Below, piece by piece: positions 1 to 9,230 of a stretch of DNA of 64,000 nucleotides. The DNA is taken from assembly GCA_029547225.1 (NCBI GenBank), contig JAKPPS010000056.1, positions 25,356 to 89,355 on the forward strand, written 5' to 3'. This DNA is from a bacterium. GTDB lineage: Bacteria > Patescibacteriota > Dojkabacteria > SC72 > WJKH01. The notes under the pieces are model-generated. The model saw nothing but the letters and a program-made list of their open reading frames with translations, searched no databases and was not told where the DNA came from. Positions within the stretch are counted from its first letter, which is position 1; each line of letters begins with the position of its first letter. The position numbers and the translations under genes were made by a program.

Positions 1-630
1 TACTTTAAATTGATTAAAGACCTTTCGGATGCCTTACATGCGCGAGGAAAAACCCTTTCGGTTACTGTTATGGCTCAATGGCAAGATATCCAACAAGGGA
101 TGAGTCTACAAGACACCCGCAAGGTACAAGATTGGAATTATATCGGTCAATATGCTGATGAAGTTCGTATCATGGCTTATGATTACACTTGGCAAACTGC
201 TGAAAAACCTGGTCCGATTGCGCCAATTTCTTGGATCGAAGAAGTACTTAAGTTCGCAGTAAAACGCATACCTCGAGAAAAAATATGGCTTGGTGTTCAC
301 TTATCTAGTTATGAATGGATTGTTGAAGATAACAATATCGATTGGGATAAGTATAATATTGAAGAAATACCAGCAAGTACAACTCAAAGAGCTGTCTCGT
401 ACACTTACGATTCTATAATAAATCGAATCAGTATATTTGATAGCTTTAAAACAGCATATAATACTCGTTTTGAAGAGCAAATTGCCACATATGATTGTTA
501 CGATGGTCAAAAATGTGTTCTATTCTATCAAGTAAGTCGCGGAGTGACTGCACGAGAAAACTTAGCTCAAGAATACGGAATAAGGGGTATATATTACTGG
601 AGACTAGGGGAAGAAGGCGAGCTTCTATAA
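1..630 (+). CDS. Glycoside hydrolase family 18-like protein, C-terminal part (5' end lies outside the window)
   Basis: The frame is open back to base 1. The translation has GH18 C-terminal-type motifs (MAYDYTW, PGPIAPISW, IYYWRLGEE) like YaaH/chitinase-like hydrolases. The catalytic DxxDxDxE block would lie upstream of the window. Confidence 0.6.
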   Translation, partial: YFKLIKDLSDALHARGKTLSVTVMAQWQDIQQGMSLQDTRKVQDWNYIGQYADEVRIMAYDYTWQTAEKPGPIAPISWIEEVLKFAVKRIPREKIWLGVHLSSYEWIVEDNNIDWDKYNIEEIPASTTQRAVSYTYDSIINRISIFDSFKTAYNTRFEEQIATYDCYDGQKCVLFYQVSRGVTARENLAQEYGIRGIYYWRLGEEGELL

Positions 631-724
631 CCTTTCTCATGGCTCTTGAAATGACTATTCAGCAAAGCGAACAAGGATAATACAAATCGAACCAACACGA
701 TGACGATTATGATGATGATGTCTT

Positions 725-1606
725 CTACTGCCACAAACAAGTATTAGCTACACATTTACATTGTGCGTTTTCGTTCTTCTCGACTACAACACATAAAGTA
801 TTAACTCGTGGAGATGCAGAACATACTTCTCCATTACACCCACCAACATGACAGTCATTCTCAGTATTGCATTCACCTTGTTCCTGAGGCTTTTCAAAAA
901 GATCAAAGTTATTTTCACCCCAATATATGCTTAATTTTGAAGTATCACATTTTTTATCAGTTGAACATTTTGAAACTCCATCTATACATTCACATGTGTT
1001 ACATCCATCTTCAGCATGGAAAATGTCACCATTCATAAAGGTTGTATTACTATACCAGCAGATATCAAGTATTGTACCTTCAACTTCATTTTGCAGAGTA
1101 AACGCAAACTGTGGTGAAGGCTCGGTAACAATAGAAAGATTCGCAATCGTAAAATCAAGAGTAACTAGGCACTCCTTTGGATAATCCTGCATTTCTGGAT
1201 CAATCATAGCATTCAATGTGATGATATTTTTATTGCTGTCATAAGAGTAGAAACCAACTTGAGAAGGAGGTTCATTTGCATCAGTGCATTTTTGGATATG
1301 TTCGATAACAACCTTAAGCTCATTATTCTTATACGAGATAGAAGCAACATTGTATCCGAGAGGATTATTACGATTTTCAGCAGGTATAGTGCCCGATTTA
1401 TATTTATACTTGTAAGTAAGATCTTTCTTTGTAAATTCGCTATCTTGAGGAGACTGTATGAAATCAATATTGAAATTTCCGTTACCATCATTTTGATTTC
1501 TACCCAGAATATAATCAATCCACTGCGGTTTCAAAATGTAAATCGATCCCAAAGCACCGACTAAAAGTAAGAAAATCGTTATCACAACAAGCCATTCCTT
1601 TTTCAT
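725..1606 (-). CDS. Exported or membrane-anchored Cys-rich protein with a C-terminal eight-cysteine-cluster-like domain
   Basis: N-terminal hydrophobic anchor (WLVVITIFLLLVGALGSIYIL). The C-terminus ECNTENDCHVGGCNGEVCSAS..LCVVVEKNENAQCKCVANTCLWQ has 8 Cys in the CxxxxDC..GGCxGxxC..CxC..C..W pattern I recall for the eight-cysteine-cluster domain. Confidence 0.5.
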   Translation of the reverse strand: MKKEWLVVITIFLLLVGALGSIYILKPQWIDYILGRNQNDGNGNFNIDFIQSPQDSEFTKKDLTYKYKYKSGTIPAENRNNPLGYNVASISYKNNELKVVIEHIQKCTDANEPPSQVGFYSYDSNKNIITLNAMIDPEMQDYPKECLVTLDFTIANLSIVTEPSPQFAFTLQNEVEGTILDICWYSNTTFMNGDIFHAEDGCNTCECIDGVSKCSTDKKCDTSKLSIYWGENNFDLFEKPQEQGECNTENDCHVGGCNGEVCSASPRVNTLCVVVEKNENAQCKCVANTCLWQ

Positions 1607-1668
1607 ATTGACTTATTTTATCATTTTGAGCAGAATAATACCAGAACTAAGTTTCGCTAATATATTCT

Positions 1669-2583
1669 ATGACAGATTCTCATGCACACATAAGCATGCA
1701 ACCAATTTCAGACGATATCGAGAATATACTCCATGACTTTACTAGTAAAGGTGGCACGAAAATATTAAATGCTTCTTATGATTTACCATCAATCAACCAA
1801 GTTATCCTTGATAAGATTTCTATGAGCAATATTTTCCCTGACTTGATACTCACTTCAGTAGGGATCCACCCAGAAGAGTTTATTCCGACAACATTAACAA
1901 ATCATAATGATTCGCCATTAAACCAAAAATTTGATTCTTTTGAGAAAATGCGAAAAGCTTTAGATGAATACAATACACTTGTCAACAAAAACATAAAACA
2001 CATTAGTGCAATAGGAGAAACTGGTCTTGATTATCATTACTTTATAAATTCGGATAAAGAGGAAGATAGTAAATTAACGACAGATCAAATTGAAGAATTA
2101 ATCGAAATACAAAAAAACAGTTTTATCGAACATATAGAAATTGCTAAAAAAAAATCCTTACCGATGACAATCCATAGTAGGGAGAATTTTGGCGAAAATA
2201 GGTGCATCAAAGATGTCTTAAATCTCCTTTGCACAATCGGTAATGGAAAAATAGCCGCTTCTATACACAGTTATACAGGAGATATCGATCTGATTGATGA
2301 AATAATCGATCTAGGATATTACATCGGATTTAATGCCATATTAACATATAAAAGCGGTGAGAACATACGACAAATTGCATCTAAAACACCACTTGAACGA
2401 ATATTACTTGAAACAGATTGTCCAAGTTTGCCATTACATATTAAAGGTGCTCAGAAATACGGTACGCCAAGCGATATCGGATACATAGCTTCAGTACTTG
2501 CAGAGATAAAAAACATTTCTACAGAAAAGTTACTTTCGATCGTCGACGAAAACTTCAACAGAATATTTTGTAAAACTGTATAA
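1669..2583 (+). CDS. tatD: TatD-family metal-dependent hydrolase/DNase
   Basis: N-terminal DSHAH, IGETGLDYHY, TIHSRE and a C-terminal LLETDCP motif, in the order typical of TatD. Confidence 0.85.
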   Translation: MTDSHAHISMQPISDDIENILHDFTSKGGTKILNASYDLPSINQVILDKISMSNIFPDLILTSVGIHPEEFIPTTLTNHNDSPLNQKFDSFEKMRKALDEYNTLVNKNIKHISAIGETGLDYHYFINSDKEEDSKLTTDQIEELIEIQKNSFIEHIEIAKKKSLPMTIHSRENFGENRCIKDVLNLLCTIGNGKIAASIHSYTGDIDLIDEIIDLGYYIGFNAILTYKSGENIRQIASKTPLERILLETDCPSLPLHIKGAQKYGTPSDIGYIASVLAEIKNISTEKLLSIVDENFNRIFCKTV

Positions 2584-2592
2584 GTTTTTATG

Positions 2593-2642
2593 GTATGCCA
2601 CCAACCGTTTTACCAAACACGCTATCAACCCATGACTACCCA
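2593..2642 (-). repeat. Bipartite conserved motif, copy A (inverted relative to copy B)
   Basis: The plus strand reads GTATGCCACCAA(2593-2604)-N25-CCATGACTACCCA(2630-2642), which is the reverse complement of the arms at 18825-18874. Confidence 0.8.
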
Positions 2643-2738
2643 TGCACTTACTGTTACAAAATCTTATTCACATATTATAAACAAAGCATGAGAAATAGTA
2701 TTAATATTATTAAAAATCGATTGAAGAAATCTCAGTAC

Positions 2739-3902
2739 TTAATTTGAGAGTAGGGCAGAAATCTTTTTTCCAGAAATGTATTTTATGCTGTTGAATATCA
2801 AATATGCTTGACCGCCGAGAAATAATAGTAGGATAAACCAATCCTCAAAATTGTACAGCTCAAATGCTACATAAGTCTCACTCGGTACAAAGAAACTCGG
2901 TATTATTTGGAATAATTGCCCTATCACAGATATGATTGCAATAACGCTAAAAAATAATACAACCCAACCAAGTAGCGGAATTAACCACACTGTTGCAACA
3001 GCAAAGCATAACAATAATATTATTATGAATAGATCAATCTGCTCAGGATATTCGATCATAAACATTGGTATAGTAGCAATCACTATCAACGCTGTATCAA
3101 AAATGTAATCCCAAATCCGTTTATTCCGTCTATTCTTTAGAAGAATGCCATTATTAGTTTCAATTTTACTCAAATCACCATTTTCATCTTTTTTATTAAC
3201 ATTATTTGAAATATTTCGCATCAAATTCCCATCATTATCCTTTTCTAGTATTCCATTAAAAATATCATGCATACTATTTTTTACAGCATCATAATTATCT
3301 TGATTGCAAAAAAGTATGCCAACTCGTCTCCATGAATTATAAAGTGAAATTACCCTTGAGTTTTTATCAAATATTACTTGATCAATATCTGAAAAATTAA
3401 CATATTGTTTCTCCTGAGAGATAGATGTCAAACCTGTACCAACAGCACCTATCTTACCTGAAATTAACCCAAGAGCTACCAATGAACGATTCCCAAATTT
3501 TGCTTTTGAACTTGTAACCTCCATCATGACTCCATTATTATCTAGTGTAAATCGCATCGGCATTTTATTTCCGTAAAAAAGTACCATCACAATTAAAGAA
3601 ACAATGTAAAGTCCTCCAACTATAAGTGTTGTCATTAACATCATTGGTGGTATAGCCTCGATTTCATCCGTACCAACAAAAGTTAGAGTCATCAGTAAGG
3701 CCATTACAAGTCCGGTTATACCAAAGAGTTTGAGCATTTCTGACATAACTATCTTATTTGTAACCAAAGAGACATCTTTTGTCCAAGTAATCTCTCTGAA
3801 ACTTTCTGTTTTCTTAATAGTATTCTTACTACTTTTAGATTTCTTCCCTGCCATTTGTTTTAAACCAAATAACTTAGCTATCGATGATAAATTATCTATC
3901 AT
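2739..3902 (-). CDS. Multi-pass membrane protein, unknown function
   Basis: Long ORF with at least 6 hydrophobic segments and a basic N-terminal tail (KLFGLKQMAGKKSKSSK). No motif recognised. Confidence 0.55.
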   Translation of the reverse strand: MIDNLSSIAKLFGLKQMAGKKSKSSKNTIKKTESFREITWTKDVSLVTNKIVMSEMLKLFGITGLVMALLMTLTFVGTDEIEAIPPMMLMTTLIVGGLYIVSLIVMVLFYGNKMPMRFTLDNNGVMMEVTSSKAKFGNRSLVALGLISGKIGAVGTGLTSISQEKQYVNFSDIDQVIFDKNSRVISLYNSWRRVGILFCNQDNYDAVKNSMHDIFNGILEKDNDGNLMRNISNNVNKKDENGDLSKIETNNGILLKNRRNKRIWDYIFDTALIVIATIPMFMIEYPEQIDLFIIILLLCFAVATVWLIPLLGWVVLFFSVIAIISVIGQLFQIIPSFFVPSETYVAFELYNFEDWFILLLFLGGQAYLIFNSIKYISGKKISALLSN

Positions 3903-3910
3903 TTATTATA

Positions 3911-4606
3911 TTAAATACTAAAGTCTGCTTTTGCTATTATAACAACAAATTCTCCACGCAGCTCAGACTCTTTTTCCAATGTATCAATTAATTTTGAAAG
4001 CCTGTCTGTTTTGATATATTCATACATTTTTGTTAAATCATTAGAAATAGACGCATACCTATCCCCATAAGCTTTCTGACATGATTTCAGAAGTGATACA
4101 ACTCTTAAGGGAGATTCATAGAAAATTATTGATCCAGTATCATTCACATATTGTGTTAATAGATCTTCTCTTGATTTCTCATTTTTCGGAGGAAAGCCCA
4201 GAAAAACGAACCTGTCTGTAGGTAAACCACTTGCACAAAGTGCCGTGCTACCTGCAAAAGCTCCTGGCAACGGAATCACTTTATATCCCGCTTTGATAAC
4301 ATCTCTTACTAATTTATAGCCAGGATCCGAAAGAGTAGGGGTTCCTGCATCGCTAATAAGTGATAAATTAAGGCTCATTTTCATTTTCTCAAGTACTTTA
4401 TCTATAAGTGTTTCGTGTATTTGATCTCGATAGGAAATCATTTGAGCCTTAATATCATATTTCTTTAATAATTGAGCGCTATGGCGAGTATCTTCAGCAA
4501 GGATAAAATGAGAATTTTTAAGAGTCTCGACAGCTCTAAATGTAATATCACTCATATTCCCTATAGGTGTCGGTACAATAAATAATGGCATTTTGCAACT
4601 AATCAA
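3911..4606 (-). CDS. rsmI: 16S rRNA (cytidine1402-2'-O)-methyltransferase
   Basis: LFIVPTPIGNMSDITFRAVETLKNSHFILAEDTRHSAQLL and a tetrapyrrole-methylase-like fold pattern typical of RsmI. The true start may be the internal Met (MPLFIV). Confidence 0.85.
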   Translation of the reverse strand: MISCKMPLFIVPTPIGNMSDITFRAVETLKNSHFILAEDTRHSAQLLKKYDIKAQMISYRDQIHETLIDKVLEKMKMSLNLSLISDAGTPTLSDPGYKLVRDVIKAGYKVIPLPGAFAGSTALCASGLPTDRFVFLGFPPKNEKSREDLLTQYVNDTGSIIFYESPLRVVSLLKSCQKAYGDRYASISNDLTKMYEYIKTDRLSKLIDTLEKESELRGEFVVIIAKADFSI

Positions 4607-4681
4607 TCAATTTATTTAAAAAGCAATTGTAGCTTTTTCGAAAATAGATAATATTCATAAAATTTCCTATCTCGATTTCAC

Positions 4682-5749
4682 TTATGCTTGTGAATACGAC
4701 TGAACAGAAATCAAATAATCAAGTATATTATCAATATCAATTTTATCATATTTTAGTGCATTGCGGATTTCAAATTGCCATATCCGTACCCGACGCAAAG
4801 CAGTACATGTTGCATAACATCCTAAATCGTTGCCGATGTCCCTGACCAGAGATCGAATATAAGTACCACTACCACAAGTAACTTCCAGACTTATATAAGC
4901 ACCGTTACGCGCGACCTTGTCAATACTATGTATTTGCACTTTTGAAGGCTTCAGATCTACTTGAATATTCTTTCTAGCAAGATCATACGCTCGAACTCCA
5001 TTTACCTTCTTTGCTGAATATTGAGGAGGAGTTTGCATTATTTCGCCGACATATTTTCTTGATACATCTATGATTCTTGTATCAATATCTGGGATCTTCT
5101 TTTCTATGTAATCTTTCAAAATTGAATTAATTTCTTCCTGTATTTCTTTGTTATTGACGCATTTATCATTTTCAAGTCTACTTAGATCTTTGCTACATAA
5201 TATCTCTTTTGCAAGTATTGGGTCTTGCGAATTAATTGGTGGACAAACATAAACTCCGCTTTTACTATTTAATATTTCGATTATCCTCTCAGACTGTAAA
5301 TCGGCATCATAATCAGTTACCTTACCATCAATATCTAGAGTATCTGTCTGTAAGCCAAGCACCATTTCGACTCGATATGTTTTACTATGTTTTAAAGTTT
5401 GCTCAAAAAGTTTTGTGGCTTTTCCAATAAGTATAATTACTAGACCTGACGCAAATGGATCTAGCGTGCCACCATGCCCAATTTTTAGTTTCTTACTATC
5501 ATTACTAAATCGACCTTCTTTTATTGAATTGTAATATTTATGTTTAATTTCTCGGATAATATCATATGTTGTAATCCCTGCAGGTTTATCGATTAACAGT
5601 ATTCCATTTAAATCCAACTCACTGATTTGTTTACGAACCTGATTTCTTGAATCATTAAATTTCTGGATTTGCTCTGCGATATATTTATCATCTGTATTAG
5701 AATCGATAGAGATAGAAAATGATTTTCCGTAATTGTTATTCTGTACCAC
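4682..5749 (-). CDS. truB: tRNA pseudouridine(55) synthase, with N-terminal extension and an internal insertion
   Basis: GILLIDKPAGITTYD and the catalytic-Asp block GHGGTLDPFASGLVIILIGKATKL. The C-terminal part is PUA-like. Confidence 0.85.
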   Translation of the reverse strand: MVQNNNYGKSFSISIDSNTDDKYIAEQIQKFNDSRNQVRKQISELDLNGILLIDKPAGITTYDIIREIKHKYYNSIKEGRFSNDSKKLKIGHGGTLDPFASGLVIILIGKATKLFEQTLKHSKTYRVEMVLGLQTDTLDIDGKVTDYDADLQSERIIEILNSKSGVYVCPPINSQDPILAKEILCSKDLSRLENDKCVNNKEIQEEINSILKDYIEKKIPDIDTRIIDVSRKYVGEIMQTPPQYSAKKVNGVRAYDLARKNIQVDLKPSKVQIHSIDKVARNGAYISLEVTCGSGTYIRSLVRDIGNDLGCYATCTALRRVRIWQFEIRNALKYDKIDIDNILDYLISVQSYSQA

Positions 5750-5892
5750 AATTAATTATATCACACCAAACGAGATATTATTGGTATATAAATATTTTTA
5801 AACTTTAGCCTTTAAGAAATAATGATAAATCTTTCAATTACACTATTCATACTGATTCTGGTATAAAATAAATTATTGAGTTATAATAAAAT

Positions 5893-6432
5893 ATGAATCC
5901 GAGATTTTTTATTGCACCAACAGTCATATTGTTACTTATTTTTCTATCAATGTTTGTAACATACATTATAGAATTATTTGTATCTTCAACAGAAAGCACT
6001 CCCAAAGAAGATATTGACGAGATAGTTAAGCGTATTAAGGCTCAAGCAGGTGAAAGTATAGCTGATCTCGGATCGGGAACAGGCAAATTTCTACTTGCAG
6101 TGACAAAAGCAAACGACATTAGAGGAGTAGGTTTTGAATTTTCTCCAATTCTTGCATTTTTATCAAATTTCTATCGATTACTTTTTAAAATATTCACAAA
6201 AGGAAAATATCATTTTACAATCGAAGTCGCTGACTTTCTTAGTCAAGATTTACAATCATACGATATACTTTACGGGTACTTACCTCAAACTATCGTAGAT
6301 GCTTTTGAGCGGAAAGCAAATCAAGCGCTCAAAGAAGGCACACGTATTTATCTTTACAAAGCACATTTTAACAGAATCCCTGCACGAGCGGAGTATAAGC
6401 TTCCATCAGGTACAACTCTTTATGAGTATTAA
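5893..6432 (+). CDS. Class I SAM-dependent methyltransferase-like protein with an N-terminal TM helix
   Basis: Motif I IADLGSGTGKFLLAV. The substrate is unknown. Confidence 0.5.
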   Translation: MNPRFFIAPTVILLLIFLSMFVTYIIELFVSSTESTPKEDIDEIVKRIKAQAGESIADLGSGTGKFLLAVTKANDIRGVGFEFSPILAFLSNFYRLLFKIFTKGKYHFTIEVADFLSQDLQSYDILYGYLPQTIVDAFERKANQALKEGTRIYLYKAHFNRIPARAEYKLPSGTTLYEY

Positions 6433-6529
6433 TCAGAAGCGTTTTTCCAAGCTAGATCTCCGACTTGAATCAATTATTATTGAAGTTTGATAAGCAAATT
6501 CGAAATTTACAAATTAAGTTTATTATTTA

Positions 6530-7732
6530 TTGAAAATGGATAACAGTAAAATGGAACCTTTGGCATCAGTAGCTCGCCCAGAGACATTTGATGATTTTAT
6601 TGGGCAGAAACATTTGATCGGAGAGAAAGGAACTTTGTTGATTCTAATAAACAAAGGAATTTTACCTTCTATGATTTTCTGGGGTCCTCCAGGAACTGGC
6701 AAAACTACTTTGGCATACATTATCTCAAAGCAATTGGATTACAATTTCTACAAGCTTCAGGCTGTATCAAGTGGAAAAGCAAATCTAAAAAATATTTTAC
6801 GTAAAGCCATTGCAGATCAAAAAGAGGGCAAAAAAAGTATCTTATTTCTTGATGAGATACATCGATGGAATAAAGCTCAACAAGACGCATTACTTCCATT
6901 TGTAGAAAAAGGAGTAATTACATTAATTGGGGCAACAACAGAAAACCCATCATTTAGTATTAATTCTGCATTGTTATCACGTACAAAGGTTATCAAATTT
7001 GAGCAATTAAGCGACGAAGAGATTGCTCAAGGCTTAGAAAGAATAGTAAAAAAATATTGCTCTGAATATAAAATTGATTCTGATGTAATTAAGGCGATAT
7101 CACAACTTGCTAATGGTGATTTTAGATCCGCAATAAATATTTTAGAAATCGCAATTACTTTAGCAGATAAAAACAAAAAAGTAACAAAAGAAATAATCTT
7201 ACAAATTGTTCAAAAACAACTTTATTACGATAAAAATGGAGAAGAGCATTACAATATCATTTCAGCTCTACACAAATCCATGAGGTCTTCTGATAAAAAT
7301 GCTTCAGCATATTGGACAATGCGTATGATAGAAGCAGGTGAAGATCCACTTTACATTGCGAGAAGGATGATGCGTTTTGCTAGCGAAGATATTGGAAATG
7401 CAGACCCTCAAGCACTAGTACTTGTAAATGCTTGTTACAATGCGTGCAAAAATATGGGTTACCCAGAATGTGATGTGATCCTTATTCAGACTGCGATCTA
7501 TCTAGCTTCCTGCCCGAAAGATAATTCAGCATACAAAGTAGTTCAACAAACGCGAGAGGACGTAAAGAAGTTCGGGAACTTACAAGTCCCCATGCATATT
7601 CGCAATGGAGTAACAAAAATGATGCAGGAATTTGGGTATGGTAAAGGTTACATTTATGATCACGACACAGAAGATAAGAAGTCGGGTCAACAATGTATGC
7701 CAGATGAATTAAAAAACCGCAACTATTTTTAA
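6530..7732 (+). CDS. rarA: Replication-associated recombination protein A (AAA+ ATPase)
   Basis: FIGQKHLIG..., Walker A GPPGTGKTTLA, Walker B LFLDEIHRWNK, and a C-terminal MgsA-type domain (HYNIISALHKSMRSSD, GEDPLYIARRMMRFASEDIG). The ATG at 6536 is a likely alternative start. Confidence 0.9.
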   Translation: MKMDNSKMEPLASVARPETFDDFIGQKHLIGEKGTLLILINKGILPSMIFWGPPGTGKTTLAYIISKQLDYNFYKLQAVSSGKANLKNILRKAIADQKEGKKSILFLDEIHRWNKAQQDALLPFVEKGVITLIGATTENPSFSINSALLSRTKVIKFEQLSDEEIAQGLERIVKKYCSEYKIDSDVIKAISQLANGDFRSAINILEIAITLADKNKKVTKEIILQIVQKQLYYDKNGEEHYNIISALHKSMRSSDKNASAYWTMRMIEAGEDPLYIARRMMRFASEDIGNADPQALVLVNACYNACKNMGYPECDVILIQTAIYLASCPKDNSAYKVVQQTREDVKKFGNLQVPMHIRNGVTKMMQEFGYGKGYIYDHDTEDKKSGQQCMPDELKNRNYF

Positions 7733-7900
7733 TTCCATCACAATGAGCAATATTGATTGATATGCAGAAAAAACTGAAAACTACAAATCAATTATTATTA
7801 ACAAATATTAACAACCTAACTCATATAAAAACTCATATAAAAATTACAAATTCCATTAAAAGAAGATGAAAATTGAACTAAGTTATGATAAAATTACATT

Positions 7901-9121
7901 ATGACAAAAATATTAAAAGATGAAAAAATTATTAACCGTATTTTAGAAAAGGCAACAGAACAGATATTGCCATCAAAAGAGCAATTACGTGAGAAACTCA
8001 TGTCTGGACAAAGGCTAAGAATATATCAAGGCTTTGATCCTTCAGCTCCATCTTTACACATTGGGCACACTGTCATGATGCGTAAATTAGAAGATTTTAG
8101 AAAACTTGGACACGAAGTGATTTTTCTAATAGGCGATTATACTGCTATGATAGGCGATCCAGATAAACTTGCTGTAAGACACAAATTATCTCATGAAGAA
8201 GTACTCGAGAATGTAAAACAATATACGAAACAGGCATCAAAGATTATCGACATAGACAATAAAGAGAATCCCGTAAGTGTACGATATAATGGCGAATGGT
8301 TTAGTAAAATGAATTTTGCAGATTACATTGAATTAGCATCAAATTTTACTGTGCAAGAGCTACTAAAAAGAGATATGTTCCAGAGAAGATTAGACGCAGA
8401 AAAGCCAATCTTCCTAAGCGAATTTATATACCCGACAATGCAAGCATATGACAGTGTAATGCTCGATGTTGACATTGAAGGAGGTGGTAACGACCAATTA
8501 TTTAATATGTTGGCCGGACGAGAATTAACTTTGAAACTCAAAGGTAAAGAAAAGTTTATCATCACATGTAAATTACTCACTACCGCAGATGGCCAGAAAA
8601 TGGGCAAATCTGTCGGCGGTGCAATTTCATTTACTGATAAGCCTACTGACATATTTGGTAAGGTAATGGCTTATCCAGATCAGAATTTAGTCAGAGCCTT
8701 TGAATTACTCACAGACATCGAAATGGATGAAGTAGCTGCAATCGAAAAGCAATTGGCAGATGGCGTCAATCCAATGGAAATTAAAAAGCGATTAGCATAC
8801 GAAATCACCAAAATCATGATTGATCAAGAAAGTGCAGATAATGCAAAAAAATACTTTGAAGATGTTTTTCAAAAACGATCCGACAATGAAGACTTAAGCA
8901 TTGTTAATCTAGAAACGGAAAGTATAAATATCATCGAGCTATTGACAGAAAAGCTTCAATTCGCAAAAAGTAAATCTGAAGCAAGAAGATTAATCGAACA
9001 AAAAGCTGTAAGGATAGATGATCAACCAATCGATGATCCCAACTTTTTAGTTTCATTAGGAAATGAAGCTAAGATTGTAAGAGTAGGCAAGAAAGTTTCA
9101 AAGATCACCCGCAACTCTTAA
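7901..9121 (+). CDS. tyrS: Tyrosine--tRNA ligase
   Basis: HIGH-type motif (LHIGHTV), KMGKS motif, and a C-terminal S4-like domain (SKSEARRLIEQKAVRIDD). Confidence 0.9.
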   Translation: MTKILKDEKIINRILEKATEQILPSKEQLREKLMSGQRLRIYQGFDPSAPSLHIGHTVMMRKLEDFRKLGHEVIFLIGDYTAMIGDPDKLAVRHKLSHEEVLENVKQYTKQASKIIDIDNKENPVSVRYNGEWFSKMNFADYIELASNFTVQELLKRDMFQRRLDAEKPIFLSEFIYPTMQAYDSVMLDVDIEGGGNDQLFNMLAGRELTLKLKGKEKFIITCKLLTTADGQKMGKSVGGAISFTDKPTDIFGKVMAYPDQNLVRAFELLTDIEMDEVAAIEKQLADGVNPMEIKKRLAYEITKIMIDQESADNAKKYFEDVFQKRSDNEDLSIVNLETESINIIELLTEKLQFAKSKSEARRLIEQKAVRIDDQPIDDPNFLVSLGNEAKIVRVGKKVSKITRNS

Positions 9122-9230
9122 GGATTCTTTAACTTGGTGAAATTCAGAAGTATAGCAAATGTTAAAGTGAGCAAATAGAGATCAGCACAGTTTTTAGCAT
9201 ATCAATAATAGGAATCAAACAGATCTATCA

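Noticed and set aside
2595-2750. Reading the bipartite motif as a conserved small ORF (MPPTVLPNTLSTHDYP... at 2595; MPPSNLHKIIRHHDYPRFLP on the minus strand at 18872).
   Set aside because: Conservation is perfect at the nucleotide level in the two arms, including third codon positions, but random in between. The C-termini and lengths differ (51 vs 20 aa). This pattern fits a nucleic-acid element rather than a peptide.
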